Part shown: in pieces, positions 9,110 to 19,130 of the stretch
How the letters are laid out: the number at the start of each line of letters is the position of its first letter
Numbering within the stretch: the first letter of the stretch is position 1
Virus record (IMG/VR): IMGVR_UViG_3300037264_006630
Location: 120,944 to 184,943 of that record
Length of the DNA: 64,000 nt
Source: a virus
Direction: 5' to 3' (one strand)
Program-made: the position numbers and the translations under genes
Notes under the pieces: model-generated
Seen by the model: the letters and a program-made list of their open reading frames with translations, nothing else
The model's database searches: none
What the model was told of the DNA's origin: nothing

Positions 9110-11134
9110 ATGTCGTTCCTGTCTCGCTATCCCAACATGCCGTCGAACGACGTGCTCTCCGAGATCGAGGGCGTCGTCATCATCGACGGCACCGTGGCTG
9201 GGACGCCCCGCGGCGCCTCCACCGGCGTGGCCGCGTGCGTCGGCGAGTTCACCGACTGCACCTACGGCGTCGCCATCGACGCCAACGGCGTGGTCACCAC
9301 CAGCCCGCGGCCCGTCGAGATCGAGGGCGGCGACTTCGAGGAGCTCGTTGGTGGCTGGGACGAGACGATCGGCGAGTTCGGCGGCGATGGTGGGTCCGGC
9401 TTCCTCGCGTGCAAGAACAAGACGTTCGCGCGGCTCCTGGTCGTGCCGACCAACATCGCCAGCTCGCAGGGCGTGCGCCTGTACCGCGAGCTCCCCACCA
9501 ACCGCAGCGCGACCGACCCGACCCCGGTGGTCGAGATCTCGGGCGTCACCATCCGCGCTGGCACCGAGTTCAAGAGCGGCAACAACCGCGTCCGCCTCGC
9601 GGCGTCGGTGACCTTCCTCGGTTCGGCCGAGTACACCTCCGGCGTGGACGGCGCGATGACCGCGGCCGGCGCCCCGGCGGCGTTCCAGACCTTCAACTCG
9701 GCGGGCGGCCTCTTCACTACGTTCATCCGCCCCGACGGCAAGACCGGCGTCAAGGTCGGCGACATCTTGGTCCTGGGCGTGGTCGGCGGCGCTGGCGCGC
9801 TGGGCGCCAACGCGTACACCCTCCGCGTTCGCTCGGTCACCGGCGCCACGGCGCTCGTGGTCGAGAAGCTCGACGGAACCACCTTCGACTGGACCACCGG
9901 CACCGCGCAGCCGTGGCGCCTGTACGCGGGTGCGGTCGCGGACACCGGCCTGGAGACCCACGTCGGCACCCAGGCCGGCTACAAGATCCCGGCCCGCCCG
10001 CTCGACGCCACCATCGCGATCAACACCACCCTCACCCCCACCGTCCAGGCCGACCCGACCGCGCCCACCGCGGACAATTGGGCCCCGCTGTCCGGGCTCA
10101 AGCTGCGGTCGGCGACGGTCACCGGCATCGTCTACACCGCGACGGTGCAGGGCGTGAACGCGGTGAACGACGCGACGATCGACGCGCTCTACACGCTCGC
10201 CATCGCGGCGCTGCTCGAGGACAACGACCCGGTCAACCAGGTGACGACCATCTGGGCGGCGCGCTCGTCGCAGGGCATCCGCGACCAGCTCTCGTCCGCG
10301 GTCCGCAAGCGCTACGGCAACGGCCGCGGCATGCAGGCCCACTACTCGCCGGCGCTCGACGTGGTCTCCAAGACCGTGGCCCTGTCGAACACCTACCCCG
10401 GCGTCGGCGCCCTGCGATCGCGCGAGATGGCGTTCAACTGGCCGGGCGTGAAGACCTTCCTCAAGGAGGCGGTTGGCTTCTCGGTGAAGCGCGCCGACGG
10501 GACCTTCACGACGGACGGTCAGCTCGACACCACCTCGGACGGCTGGGCCGTGTCGGTGGCGTCGAGCCTGCCCCCGGAGAAGAACCCGGGCGAGGAGAGC
10601 GACGCGGTGCAGTCGGTGCTGGCGCCGTGGATCTCGCTCCAGACCGGCGTGGGCCCCGGCCTCGATCGCGGCTTCTACAAGCGCGCCAAGGCGCTCGGCA
10701 TGATGGCGCCGCGTATCAGCCGGTCGAACGGCGGGCGCATCCTCAACTACTTCGAGAGCGGCGTCACGGCGTCGATCAACGCGGCCAACGGCGAGACGGA
10801 GTACCGCGAGCGCCGGTTCTCCTTCTACGTGCAGGACTCGATGGCGGCGATCGTGGCGCCGTTCTCCAAGCAGGAGCTCACCAAGAAGCTCCAGGGCGAC
10901 ATGGTGTCGGCGGTCGCCGAGTGGCTCCAGGTGCTCAAGGACGACGGCCGTTGCGTGGACTTCACCATCGACGCGATCAGCGGCAACAACGCCAAGCTCA
11001 GGAAGCTGGGCATCTACGTGATCAAGGTCGTGGTCGAGATGAACTCCGACCTCCGAGTGGCGGTGCTCGACACCCGGGTGGGCGTGGGCGCCCTGCCCTC
11101 CACCGAGGTGTCGTTCAACCAGCGCGCGGCCTGA
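9110..11134 (+). CDS. contractile tail sheath protein
   Basis: 674 aa; N-terminal GVVIID..GASTGVAACVGEF and C-terminal RRFSFYVQDS..FSKQELT..IKVVVEM sheath-like pattern; followed by the tube gene. Confidence 0.8.
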   Translation: MSFLSRYPNMPSNDVLSEIEGVVIIDGTVAGTPRGASTGVAACVGEFTDCTYGVAIDANGVVTTSPRPVEIEGGDFEELVGGWDETIGEFGGDGGSGFLACKNKTFARLLVVPTNIASSQGVRLYRELPTNRSATDPTPVVEISGVTIRAGTEFKSGNNRVRLAASVTFLGSAEYTSGVDGAMTAAGAPAAFQTFNSAGGLFTTFIRPDGKTGVKVGDILVLGVVGGAGALGANAYTLRVRSVTGATALVVEKLDGTTFDWTTGTAQPWRLYAGAVADTGLETHVGTQAGYKIPARPLDATIAINTTLTPTVQADPTAPTADNWAPLSGLKLRSATVTGIVYTATVQGVNAVNDATIDALYTLAIAALLEDNDPVNQVTTIWAARSSQGIRDQLSSAVRKRYGNGRGMQAHYSPALDVVSKTVALSNTYPGVGALRSREMAFNWPGVKTFLKEAVGFSVKRADGTFTTDGQLDTTSDGWAVSVASSLPPEKNPGEESDAVQSVLAPWISLQTGVGPGLDRGFYKRAKALGMMAPRISRSNGGRILNYFESGVTASINAANGETEYRERRFSFYVQDSMAAIVAPFSKQELTKKLQGDMVSAVAEWLQVLKDDGRCVDFTIDAISGNNAKLRKLGIYVIKVVVEMNSDLRVAVLDTRVGVGALPSTEVSFNQRAA

Positions 11135-11338
11135 GTCCTTGCGCGGCGGCGCCGCGCCCCTGTAGATCGAAGCATCGAAGCACGCCGCCGGGGACGTCCC
11201 GCGGTGCGCGCCTCACCACCCCGCCATGCGGGCCAGGGATAGGGCGCGGAAGGCAAGCCGGAACATCCGGCCCCTCCCGCGCCCTTCGTCGTTTCGGCCA
11301 CCGCTCTCTGCCTCCCCACCCACCGAAGGATCCGCCTC

Positions 11339-11779
11339 ATGTCGACTCCCTTGATCATCGGACAGGACAACGTGCTCTCGGTGCAGATCGACAGCGTGGT
11401 CTACCAGTCGCTGGCTATCACCAGCTCGGAGATCACCTACAAGCTCTCCCGCAAGGAGACCGGGATCCTGGGCACCAACACCATGCGGATCGACGAGGTG
11501 TTCGTGGGCATCGAGGGGAGCCTGGAGGTCAAGATCGGCGACCCGGACATGTTCCAGATCATCAACATCATCCGCGACCGCGCGCAGCGCCGCGCGCCGC
11601 CGTACCCGCGGGTGACGCTCAAGAGCGAGTTCACCTTCCCCGCCGACAACCGCCGCGCGCTCATCGTGATCCCGGACCTCAAGTTCGGTGACATCCCGAT
11701 CACGACCGGCGCCCGCGAGGAACACGCCACGATCAAGCTCTCGTACGGCGCCGAGCAGGCGCCCATCTACTTCATCTGA
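11339..11779 (+). CDS. tail tube protein
   Basis: 146 aa, beta-rich, follows the sheath gene. Confidence 0.7.
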   Translation: MSTPLIIGQDNVLSVQIDSVVYQSLAITSSEITYKLSRKETGILGTNTMRIDEVFVGIEGSLEVKIGDPDMFQIINIIRDRAQRRAPPYPRVTLKSEFTFPADNRRALIVIPDLKFGDIPITTGAREEHATIKLSYGAEQAPIYFI

Positions 11780-11796
11780 ACCGAACCCGAGGTCCC

Positions 11797-12327
11797 ATGC
11801 AGCTCGAGAAGCCCGCGCCGTCCGCGCCCGTTGGCCACGCCAGCCTCGCCGATGCCACCAGCAACATGCCGCGCCGCACGTACATCGAGTACGAGGTGCC
11901 AGCGTCCTGCCCGCTCGACGAGCGTCAGCTCGTCATGGCCGGCGAGCGCTACGCGCTGCTCGTCGCCACGTTCAAGCTCCCGTCCGTCTTCGAGGAGCGC
12001 CGGGTCTTCCAGCGCATCGGCGCCGACATCGACAAGCCGATGATCATCGCGACGGTGCAGACCACCGAGGCGCTGTCGTTCATCCTCTGCGCGGCGGTGC
12101 ATGTCGTCCTCGACGCGGACGGCAACCCGCAGGAGAGCTTCGACCCGGACCGGACCAAGGCGTTCGAGTTCCGGTGCTCGAGCATCGACGGCACCGCCGA
12201 GGGCACATTCGCCGCGATGCACCCGGCGATGCGGACCTTGCTCATGATGGGCTACGCGACGTCGGTGCAAGCCTCGGAGGAGACCGCAGCGCTTTTTCTC
12301 AAGAGCCGACGCACGGTCACACGCTGA
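11797..12327 (+). CDS. tail assembly chaperone
   Basis: between tube and tape-measure genes. Confidence 0.65.
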   Translation: MQLEKPAPSAPVGHASLADATSNMPRRTYIEYEVPASCPLDERQLVMAGERYALLVATFKLPSVFEERRVFQRIGADIDKPMIIATVQTTEALSFILCAAVHVVLDADGNPQESFDPDRTKAFEFRCSSIDGTAEGTFAAMHPAMRTLLMMGYATSVQASEETAALFLKSRRTVTR

Positions 12328-12332
12328 GAAGT

Positions 12333-12569
12333 GTGCTCGGCCGGAAGCACGTCGGCGACGTCGCGAACCTGATCATCGCGAGGCGGCAGAAGGACTGGAA
12401 GGGGGTCGCCAAGGCCGAGGAAGAGATCGACGACGCGCTCATGCGCCTGGGACGGTACGGCTACCAGGACGTGCCGAAGCTTGAGGAGCTTGAAGTCCAC
12501 CGCGTCCGCGCCATGCACGACTCGCTCTGCCGCCTACTCGAAGAAGAACACAAGGCCACCAAGCACTGA
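12333..12569 (+). CDS. tail chaperone extension (P2 E'/lambda T-like), probably reached by -1 frameshift
   Basis: -1 frame is open across the end of the chaperone gene; CTTTTTC at 12292-12298; LGRYGYQ..LEEL motif. Confidence 0.55.
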   Translation: MLGRKHVGDVANLIIARRQKDWKGVAKAEEEIDDALMRLGRYGYQDVPKLEELEVHRVRAMHDSLCRLLEEEHKATKH

Positions 12570-12575
12570 CCGACC

Positions 12576-14435
12576 ATGGGCACCCAGACCAATATCATCG
12601 AAGAGCACGTCCTCCTCCGCGACGGACAGGCGGTCGGCGCGCTCGATCGGCTCGGGCACCGGATCAGCGGCATCGGCCGCGCCTTCGCCGGCATCCGGAC
12701 GATCGTCGGCGGCGCCGCTGGGCTGGCCGGGCTCTACGGAGTGGCGCACAGCGTGGCCGGGGTGACCGCTCTCTACGAGAAGGTCGGCCGGCTGCGAGCG
12801 GTCACCGGCCTGGCGGCGGCGGACATCCATGGTCTCAACGATGCGATGGAGCTCACCGGCTCCGAGGCATCCGCGGAGAAGGTGATCACTCGCTTGGCCG
12901 CGGTGCAGCAACGCGCGCGCGGCGGTACCAAGGAGGCGCAGAAGCTCCAGGCGTCGCTCGGTCGCGTCGGCGTCGAGATGAAAGGAGGCGTCAACCAAGC
13001 GTTTCTTTCGATGGCGACGGCCGTCCAGAAGGGGAAGCTCGGCATCAACGACATGTCGCGCACCTTCAAGATCCCGCTGGCGCAGGCCGGGCAGGTGATG
13101 AAGACGCTTGAGCAGGGGCCGGATCGTCTCAAGAGGATCATGCAGGAGACGAAGAACAGCGCGGACGTGGTCGACGATGCCGCGCTCGCATCGTTCGAGA
13201 AGATGCAACAGGGCAAGCGAGAGCTCAAGGACGCCTGGGATGGGCTCGTCGGTACTGTCCACAAGAAGCTCACGCCGGGGATCACGGACCTGATCAATCG
13301 GCTCACCAAGGGACTGGAGAGCGCACAGCCGATCGTCGAGAAGATCGGGACCTTTCTGGCCGACCACATGGAGTTGGTGGTCAAGAGCGCGAAGCTCTAC
13401 CTGATGTACTTGGTCGCGGCCAAGGCGGTGGAGGCCGGGACCGGCGGCAAGCAAACCCTCGGCGGCTTGGCCAAGAACGCGCTGGGCGGCGGCGAGAAGG
13501 GCGGTCCACTCAAGGATCTGATGGGCAAGTTGTTCGGCAAGGGCGGCACAGGCGGCGTGGCCAAGGCGGCGGGCGGCAAGCCTGCGGCGGAGGCGGCCGG
13601 CGCGATCGCGGATGCCATCAAGGCCAAGGGCTTGCCGGGGCTGGGCCAAGCCTTCGCGCAGATCGGACGTCAGGCGGCGACCCGTCGTGCGACCGGCACC
13701 ATCGCGATGGGCGCCGCGCCGGCCGGCGTCTCCGCGCTGGCGCGGATCGGCCCGATGGCAGCGCGTCTGTCGTCGCTGCTTCCGGTCCTGCGCATGTTCA
13801 TGGCGGTGATCGGCCGCATGAGCATCGTCGGTCTGGTGATCGTGACCGTCATCGGGGTCATCACGGCCATGTACCGGGTCCTGTCGAAGGACATCGGCGG
13901 CCACGCCACCCGGTTGAAACAGTTGTTCTCGGACTTCTTCGCGCAGATCAGGGGCGTTCAGAGTGCGCTCAAGCCGGTCTTCGACGTGGTCAAGAAGATC
14001 TTCGGCTTCTGGTTCATGCTGGTCGCCCGCACGATCCTCTACTACGTCGAGTTGTCGATGAAGGTCATCAACGGGATGGTCCGGGTGATCATGGCGATCG
14101 GCTACTTCATCGGCGAGTTGTTCTCGTCTCCTATCAAGACCGCGCGCAACATGGGCAAGACCTGGAGCGATGCCTGGTTCAAGGCTGGGCCCGACTCGAC
14201 CCTCAAGCTCAACCCATTCAGCAAGAAAGAAGAGAAGAAGGCTGACGAGAAGAAGACCCCGCCCGGGAACAATCAGGACTTTCGCGGGTCGAAGTTCACG
14301 ATCAACCAGAACTTCGCAGAAGGATTTGATCCCGGCCGCATCGCGGTGGCGATCACCGATGACCTCGCCGCCACCGCCGATCGTCGTCGGCAGTCGGGCT
14401 TCGCGCCCCTCTACTCGATCCGGAGCCCTGGCTGA
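12576..14435 (+). CDS. tape measure protein
   Basis: 619 aa, Ala/Gly-rich helical with hydrophobic segments; canonical position. Confidence 0.8.
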   Translation: MGTQTNIIEEHVLLRDGQAVGALDRLGHRISGIGRAFAGIRTIVGGAAGLAGLYGVAHSVAGVTALYEKVGRLRAVTGLAAADIHGLNDAMELTGSEASAEKVITRLAAVQQRARGGTKEAQKLQASLGRVGVEMKGGVNQAFLSMATAVQKGKLGINDMSRTFKIPLAQAGQVMKTLEQGPDRLKRIMQETKNSADVVDDAALASFEKMQQGKRELKDAWDGLVGTVHKKLTPGITDLINRLTKGLESAQPIVEKIGTFLADHMELVVKSAKLYLMYLVAAKAVEAGTGGKQTLGGLAKNALGGGEKGGPLKDLMGKLFGKGGTGGVAKAAGGKPAAEAAGAIADAIKAKGLPGLGQAFAQIGRQAATRRATGTIAMGAAPAGVSALARIGPMAARLSSLLPVLRMFMAVIGRMSIVGLVIVTVIGVITAMYRVLSKDIGGHATRLKQLFSDFFAQIRGVQSALKPVFDVVKKIFGFWFMLVARTILYYVELSMKVINGMVRVIMAIGYFIGELFSSPIKTARNMGKTWSDAWFKAGPDSTLKLNPFSKKEEKKADEKKTPPGNNQDFRGSKFTINQNFAEGFDPGRIAVAITDDLAATADRRRQSGFAPLYSIRSPG

Positions 14436-15616
14436 TGTCCTCGCTCGCGCAAGGGCTCAGGAAGGACGGTACGCTCATCTCCGGTGGGGCCTCGGACGCG
14501 GTCCCCTCGTTCGAGATCCGCGAGATCGTCGGCGGCAACCGGGTCCTCATCCTCCAGCGCAACGCGATGCCGGAGCCCCCGCTCCGGTTCGGCGTGTCGC
14601 ACGATCTGGCCGAAACGCGCAGCCTGGGCTCGCCCTACAACACCCAGCAGGCGCTGGGCGCCAACTGCATGCCGACCACCATCCGCGGCAAGTGGTGCGA
14701 CGTGTTCCTGTCCCAGGGCGGGGCGGATCTCTCCGAGGCGGGCGAGGAGACCATCGACGGCATTTCGTTCATCGTGATCGACAACCGCACCGTGCGCACT
14801 GCTCGTGAGGCGTGGGCCGTCGTCGAGGACATGTGCAAGCGGGGCGTCGTGATCCGGGTGTCGTGGGGCCACCTCGCGCGCATCGGCCGCATCAAGGATG
14901 CGACGCCCGACTGGCTCACCCTCCACGACGTGGATTGGGAGATCACGTTCAACTGGATCGGCGACGACGAGACGACCGAGGTGAGCCCACCCGCGGTGGT
15001 CGACTCGGCGACCGACCTGCGGATCCTGAACGAGGCCACCGACAAGGTCATCGAGGCCACCAACTACGTCACCAGCGGGATGGACCCGACGGTGATCGAG
15101 GTGATCGACACCCGGATCGCCCGCGTGTCCCAGACCATCCTCGATCTCTCCGACCGCGTGCGCTCGCGCGTGGACGGCGTGACCTCGGCGCTCGACGTGT
15201 TCCGCCGTTCGGTTGGCGTCCTGGGCCTGGCCATCGACGAGGCCAAGCTGCTCGGCCTCGAGATCGACTCGCGGGTGTCGGGGACCTGGCTGGCGAACAT
15301 CGACTACGAGGACATGAGCAACGTCAAGCCGGCCGACATCCTGTCGATCGTCACCGCCAACCGGATCGCTGCCACGGCGGCGCGCAACATCGCGCACGAG
15401 GCGCTCCATCGTCGGCAGGCCACGTACACCTCCGTCGAGGAGATCGCCGACATCGTCATCAGCCGCGAGGGCGAAGACCTCCAGACCATCGCGCTTGCCG
15501 TGTGGGGCTCGTCGGACGGCTGGCAGGTGCTGCGCGACTTCAACAACTTCACGGGGGGGACTCTCACTCCGGGCACGGTCGTGCTCATCCCGCAGCGCGG
15601 CACGAGGTCGGGATGA
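14435..15616 (+). CDS. tail tube initiator/baseplate protein with C-terminal LysM-like domain
   Basis: C-terminal SREGEDLQTIALAVWGSSDGWQVLRDFN..LTPGTVVLIP. Confidence 0.7.
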   Translation: MSSLAQGLRKDGTLISGGASDAVPSFEIREIVGGNRVLILQRNAMPEPPLRFGVSHDLAETRSLGSPYNTQQALGANCMPTTIRGKWCDVFLSQGGADLSEAGEETIDGISFIVIDNRTVRTAREAWAVVEDMCKRGVVIRVSWGHLARIGRIKDATPDWLTLHDVDWEITFNWIGDDETTEVSPPAVVDSATDLRILNEATDKVIEATNYVTSGMDPTVIEVIDTRIARVSQTILDLSDRVRSRVDGVTSALDVFRRSVGVLGLAIDEAKLLGLEIDSRVSGTWLANIDYEDMSNVKPADILSIVTANRIAATAARNIAHEALHRRQATYTSVEEIADIVISREGEDLQTIALAVWGSSDGWQVLRDFNNFTGGTLTPGTVVLIPQRGTRSG

Positions 15617-17715
15617 CCACCTACCCCGTCGACACCGGGTACTACCCGAGCTGCGTGGTCCACTTCACCCTGCGTTTTGACGAGGCGCTCCAGGTGGCGG
15701 AGAACGAGGGCGATCTCCAGAAGGCGATCCTGTCGGGCGAGTACGGCCTCCGGCCGGAGGCGCTGCGCGAGGTGACCGGTCGCGTCGGGGACATCGTCGG
15801 CGACCACTACGACCAGAGCGGCGGGTTCACCCGGAACACCAGCACCGGCCGGCGCACGGTCACCCAGACCTTCGGGCCGCAGGTCCGCATGGGCGACGTG
15901 ACCGCGCAGCGCTACGACGCAGACGGCAACCTCGTGACCTCGGCGGTGGTGACGGAGCACGAGGTTGGTGACGAGGGTGGGCGCTCGCTGTCGCCGCTCA
16001 CCTTCACCGGCGACAAGTTCACCACCCTCATGAACCTGGTGCCGACCACCGGCAACTTCGACCTGCCGCACCCGCGTCAGGCGGCGACGTGGTCCCTCAC
16101 CTTCCCGTACGACACGCTGCCCATCGACCCCCGGCTCCTGCGCGCGGTCGGCGTCGAGATCCATCTGGGCTGCGTGGACGCGCGCGACTACGGCAACGCG
16201 ATGGTGGGCGCGCACGGGCGCGACGGTCAGGCGAGCTCGATCCTGCCCACGCGCTCCGGCCTCGTCGACCCGTTCACCGGCAAGCCGGCGTCGCGCGACT
16301 CGACCCTTCTGTTCTACGGGACATGTGACATGTGGGAGGCCGAGCACGCGCCCGGCGGATCGACGGCGACGCTCACCGGCCGGTCGATCGTGGGCATCCT
16401 GCTCGATGGCAAGCCGCCCGTGAACGTGATGGACGAGCTCGACCTCGAGCGCCCGATCCACCGCGTGATCGCCGACCTCATCGCCACCATCCCGACCGAC
16501 AACCGGCTGGCGATCGACGTGGTCACCGACGCCTCCGAGTGGGAAGGCGGCGTGGTGCCGAGCCCGGGGAACATTACCGGCTACAACACCGCCCGCATCG
16601 GGACCAAGACCGGCAAGGTGAAGCAGGGGTCCGGTGCGGCGACCGACCGCATCTCGTATTGGGACCTGATCACCAACCTCTGCAACTCGGTCGGTGGCAT
16701 CCCCCATCTCCAGGGTGCGCAGCTCTGGGTCCGCCCCGGCCGAAGCATCTTCGAGATCCAGGCCCGGCCCGGCATCGGCCCGTTCCAGAGCGACCGCATC
16801 GCCCCGGACGGCAAGCTCGCGGTGCGCCGGCTGGTGCTCGGCCGCAACGTCGAGAAGCTCAAGCTGTCGCGCAAGTTCGGCGGCGTCGTCGTCCCGGTGG
16901 TGATCGCCTACGGCTTCGACGACCAGGCCCAAGGCGCGGCGCGGCTCATCAGCGGGCAGTGGCCGCCGGCCGACTCGCCGGAAGCTGGCGCGAAGAAGGA
17001 GGGTGACGAGCACCGCATCACGATCGCCGGCATCCGGGACCGGGACCGGCTCATCCAGATCGCGCGCGACGTGTACGAGGAGATCGGCCGCGGCGAGACG
17101 GGGTGCGAGTTCTCGACCGCCACTCTGGCTTCGTTCGGCGGCGACAACGCCGACCCCGACATGCTGCGCCTCCGCCCCCTCGAGCCGATCGAAGCCACCG
17201 TGGACGCAGCGAGGGGGCCGACGCCCATCGTTCACCAGCTCACGATGCAGGCCAACTCGACGTTCCAGCAGGAGGTCGACGCCCTGCGGTCGCGCATCGG
17301 CGACGTGGACGCCGCGCGTGCGATCGTGGCCGCGCGGCGCGGCGCAGTGGTCGGCATCCTCGACGCCTTCCGCGTCATCAGCGTCAACTTCTCGCTCTCC
17401 GACAAGGGCGTGGCCATCTCGGGGACCTGCCAGAACTACATCGTTTCGCGGCACGGGTCGTCCGCCGCCGCGGCGCGTGCGAACAAGGGCAAGCCGGACA
17501 TCAAGACCGCGCGAGCGACCGTGCCCGGCGGCAACCGCCAGAAGAAGGTCCACCAGCCGACCACCTCCGCGTGGCAGGAGTTCGCCGAGGAATCGCAGAA
17601 GAGGGCCGCCAAGACCCTCGCCGATCCTGATGCTCAGTCCGAGCGCCAAATCCGTGAGGCCGCACGCGCCGCTGACCGCTTCGAGCGTGCCGACCGCAAC
17701 TCGAGGTTCCAGTGA
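15613..17715 (+). CDS. baseplate hub protein (P2 gpD/Mu gp44-like)
   Basis: ATG 15613 in ATGA overlap; 700 aa; precedes the spike gene. Confidence 0.6.
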   Translation: MTTYPVDTGYYPSCVVHFTLRFDEALQVAENEGDLQKAILSGEYGLRPEALREVTGRVGDIVGDHYDQSGGFTRNTSTGRRTVTQTFGPQVRMGDVTAQRYDADGNLVTSAVVTEHEVGDEGGRSLSPLTFTGDKFTTLMNLVPTTGNFDLPHPRQAATWSLTFPYDTLPIDPRLLRAVGVEIHLGCVDARDYGNAMVGAHGRDGQASSILPTRSGLVDPFTGKPASRDSTLLFYGTCDMWEAEHAPGGSTATLTGRSIVGILLDGKPPVNVMDELDLERPIHRVIADLIATIPTDNRLAIDVVTDASEWEGGVVPSPGNITGYNTARIGTKTGKVKQGSGAATDRISYWDLITNLCNSVGGIPHLQGAQLWVRPGRSIFEIQARPGIGPFQSDRIAPDGKLAVRRLVLGRNVEKLKLSRKFGGVVVPVVIAYGFDDQAQGAARLISGQWPPADSPEAGAKKEGDEHRITIAGIRDRDRLIQIARDVYEEIGRGETGCEFSTATLASFGGDNADPDMLRLRPLEPIEATVDAARGPTPIVHQLTMQANSTFQQEVDALRSRIGDVDAARAIVAARRGAVVGILDAFRVISVNFSLSDKGVAISGTCQNYIVSRHGSSAAAARANKGKPDIKTARATVPGGNRQKKVHQPTTSAWQEFAEESQKRAAKTLADPDAQSERQIREAARAADRFERADRNSRFQ

Positions 17716-18299
17716 AGCCCGACGTCCTCAAGATGGGGCTGGCGCAGTCCTTCCCCGGCATCGACCCACGCATCTTCGTCGCGCTGGCGATCGTCGAAGA
17801 GGTGAGCGTCACCCGGGCCGGCGTCAAGGCGGACGTGCGCGTACTTCCGTTCAACGAGCCCGAGACGGTGATGGTCGGTGCGCCCGGGGCGAACAACGGA
17901 AGCGGCCTCTACATCCCGGTCACCCCGGGGCAGATCGTGATCGTTGCCTTCCCCCGCGGCTCGTCAGATGAAGGCGGGCGCATCATCGGCAGCTCGTGGG
18001 ACACCGGCGATCCGCCGCCGGCCGCGGCGCTCGATCACCCCGGGGACGTGGCGCTGGTGGCCGCGGCGGCGACGGCGATCAGGCTGGTCACCACCGCCAC
18101 CGGCGTGATCGTGATCGCGAGCGGTGGCGCCACGCTCCTCGGTGCCGAGACGGCGACGCTGGGCGTGGCCAGGCTCGGTGACACCGTCCAGGTCACCATC
18201 CCCATCGGTACGTTCGACATCGGAGGTGTGCCCAACCCCGTCCCGGTCATCGTAACTGGCACCATCACCAGCGCCAGTGCGAAGGTCAAGACGCTATGA
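17712..18299 (+). CDS. baseplate central spike (gpV/gp45-like)
   Basis: OB-fold-like N-terminus, GLYIPVTPGQIVIVAF, GVARLGDTV..GTITSAS C-terminus. Confidence 0.7.
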   Translation: MKPDVLKMGLAQSFPGIDPRIFVALAIVEEVSVTRAGVKADVRVLPFNEPETVMVGAPGANNGSGLYIPVTPGQIVIVAFPRGSSDEGGRIIGSSWDTGDPPPAAALDHPGDVALVAAAATAIRLVTTATGVIVIASGGATLLGAETATLGVARLGDTVQVTIPIGTFDIGGVPNPVPVIVTGTITSASAKVKTL

Positions 18300-19120
18300 G
18301 CTACGGGACCGCCGGATACGGGACCACGCCTTACGGCGGCGCGGCCGGGGCCATCACGATCGCGCGCGCGTGGGCGACCTCGACGCGGACCATCCACGTC
18401 GAGACGACCACGCCGGCCAAGGCCGATGATCCGCTCGACCCCGGCGACGCGCTCAACCCGGCCACCTGGCTGGTGAACCGGCTCGACACCATGGCCGCGT
18501 TCACGCCGAGCGAGGTGATGGCGGCGGGCGGTGATGGGCTCTCGTTCGATGTGACCATCCTCGAGTCGTTGGCTTCCCACCTGGTGAGCCACCGCATCGG
18601 ATCGACCACGCTCCTGTCGCAGCTGGGCGCGCTCATCACCAACCCGTACCAGGCCACCTTCACCGGCATGGTCTACACGATCGACCCGATCGAGGCGGTG
18701 CAGCGCCGGCCGATCGTGCGCGACCTGGCCAACCCGCCGCGTGGCAACCCCCTCACCGGCGAACCGGTCTCCGCCATCCTGGTGTCGGGCGGCAACTACG
18801 TGGGCGAGATCGACAAGGCCGTCGTGAAGAAGGGGATCATCCGCCGGCTGACCACGCCCATCGGCTCGATCCGCCACCTGCCCAACTACGGCATCCGCTA
18901 CACCATCAAGGGCGAGTTCCCGAGCGGCGGTGACCGCGAGGCCCTGCGCGTCGCCATCGAGAAGCAGTGCTTGCAGGAGCCGGGTGTGGACAGGGTCCGC
19001 GCGGTCATCGCCGCGCTGGGCGCGGGCACCTTCCGCATCGGGGTGGCAGCCAGCATGATTGGCGGCCTGGTCACCGTGGCGGTCAAGCGCGAGAGCAGCG
19101 GTCGCTTCATCACGATCTGA
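18296..19120 (+). CDS. baseplate wedge protein, gp25/gpW-like C-terminal domain with extra N-terminal domain
   Basis: IIRRLTTPIGSIRHLPNYGI..LRVAIEKQCLQEPGVDRV. Confidence 0.65.
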   Translation: MSYGTAGYGTTPYGGAAGAITIARAWATSTRTIHVETTTPAKADDPLDPGDALNPATWLVNRLDTMAAFTPSEVMAAGGDGLSFDVTILESLASHLVSHRIGSTTLLSQLGALITNPYQATFTGMVYTIDPIEAVQRRPIVRDLANPPRGNPLTGEPVSAILVSGGNYVGEIDKAVVKKGIIRRLTTPIGSIRHLPNYGIRYTIKGEFPSGGDREALRVAIEKQCLQEPGVDRVRAVIAALGAGTFRIGVAASMIGGLVTVAVKRESSGRFITI

Positions 19121-19130
19121 GGACCCACCC

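Noticed and set aside
399-17649. Many long ORFs overlapping the structural genes (e.g. 1714..3063-, 4036..5898-, 8741..10342-, 9016..11691+, 15304..17649-)
   Set aside because: Arg/Pro/Ala/Gly-rich shadow frames expected at this GC content; they have no motifs and overlap better-supported genes.
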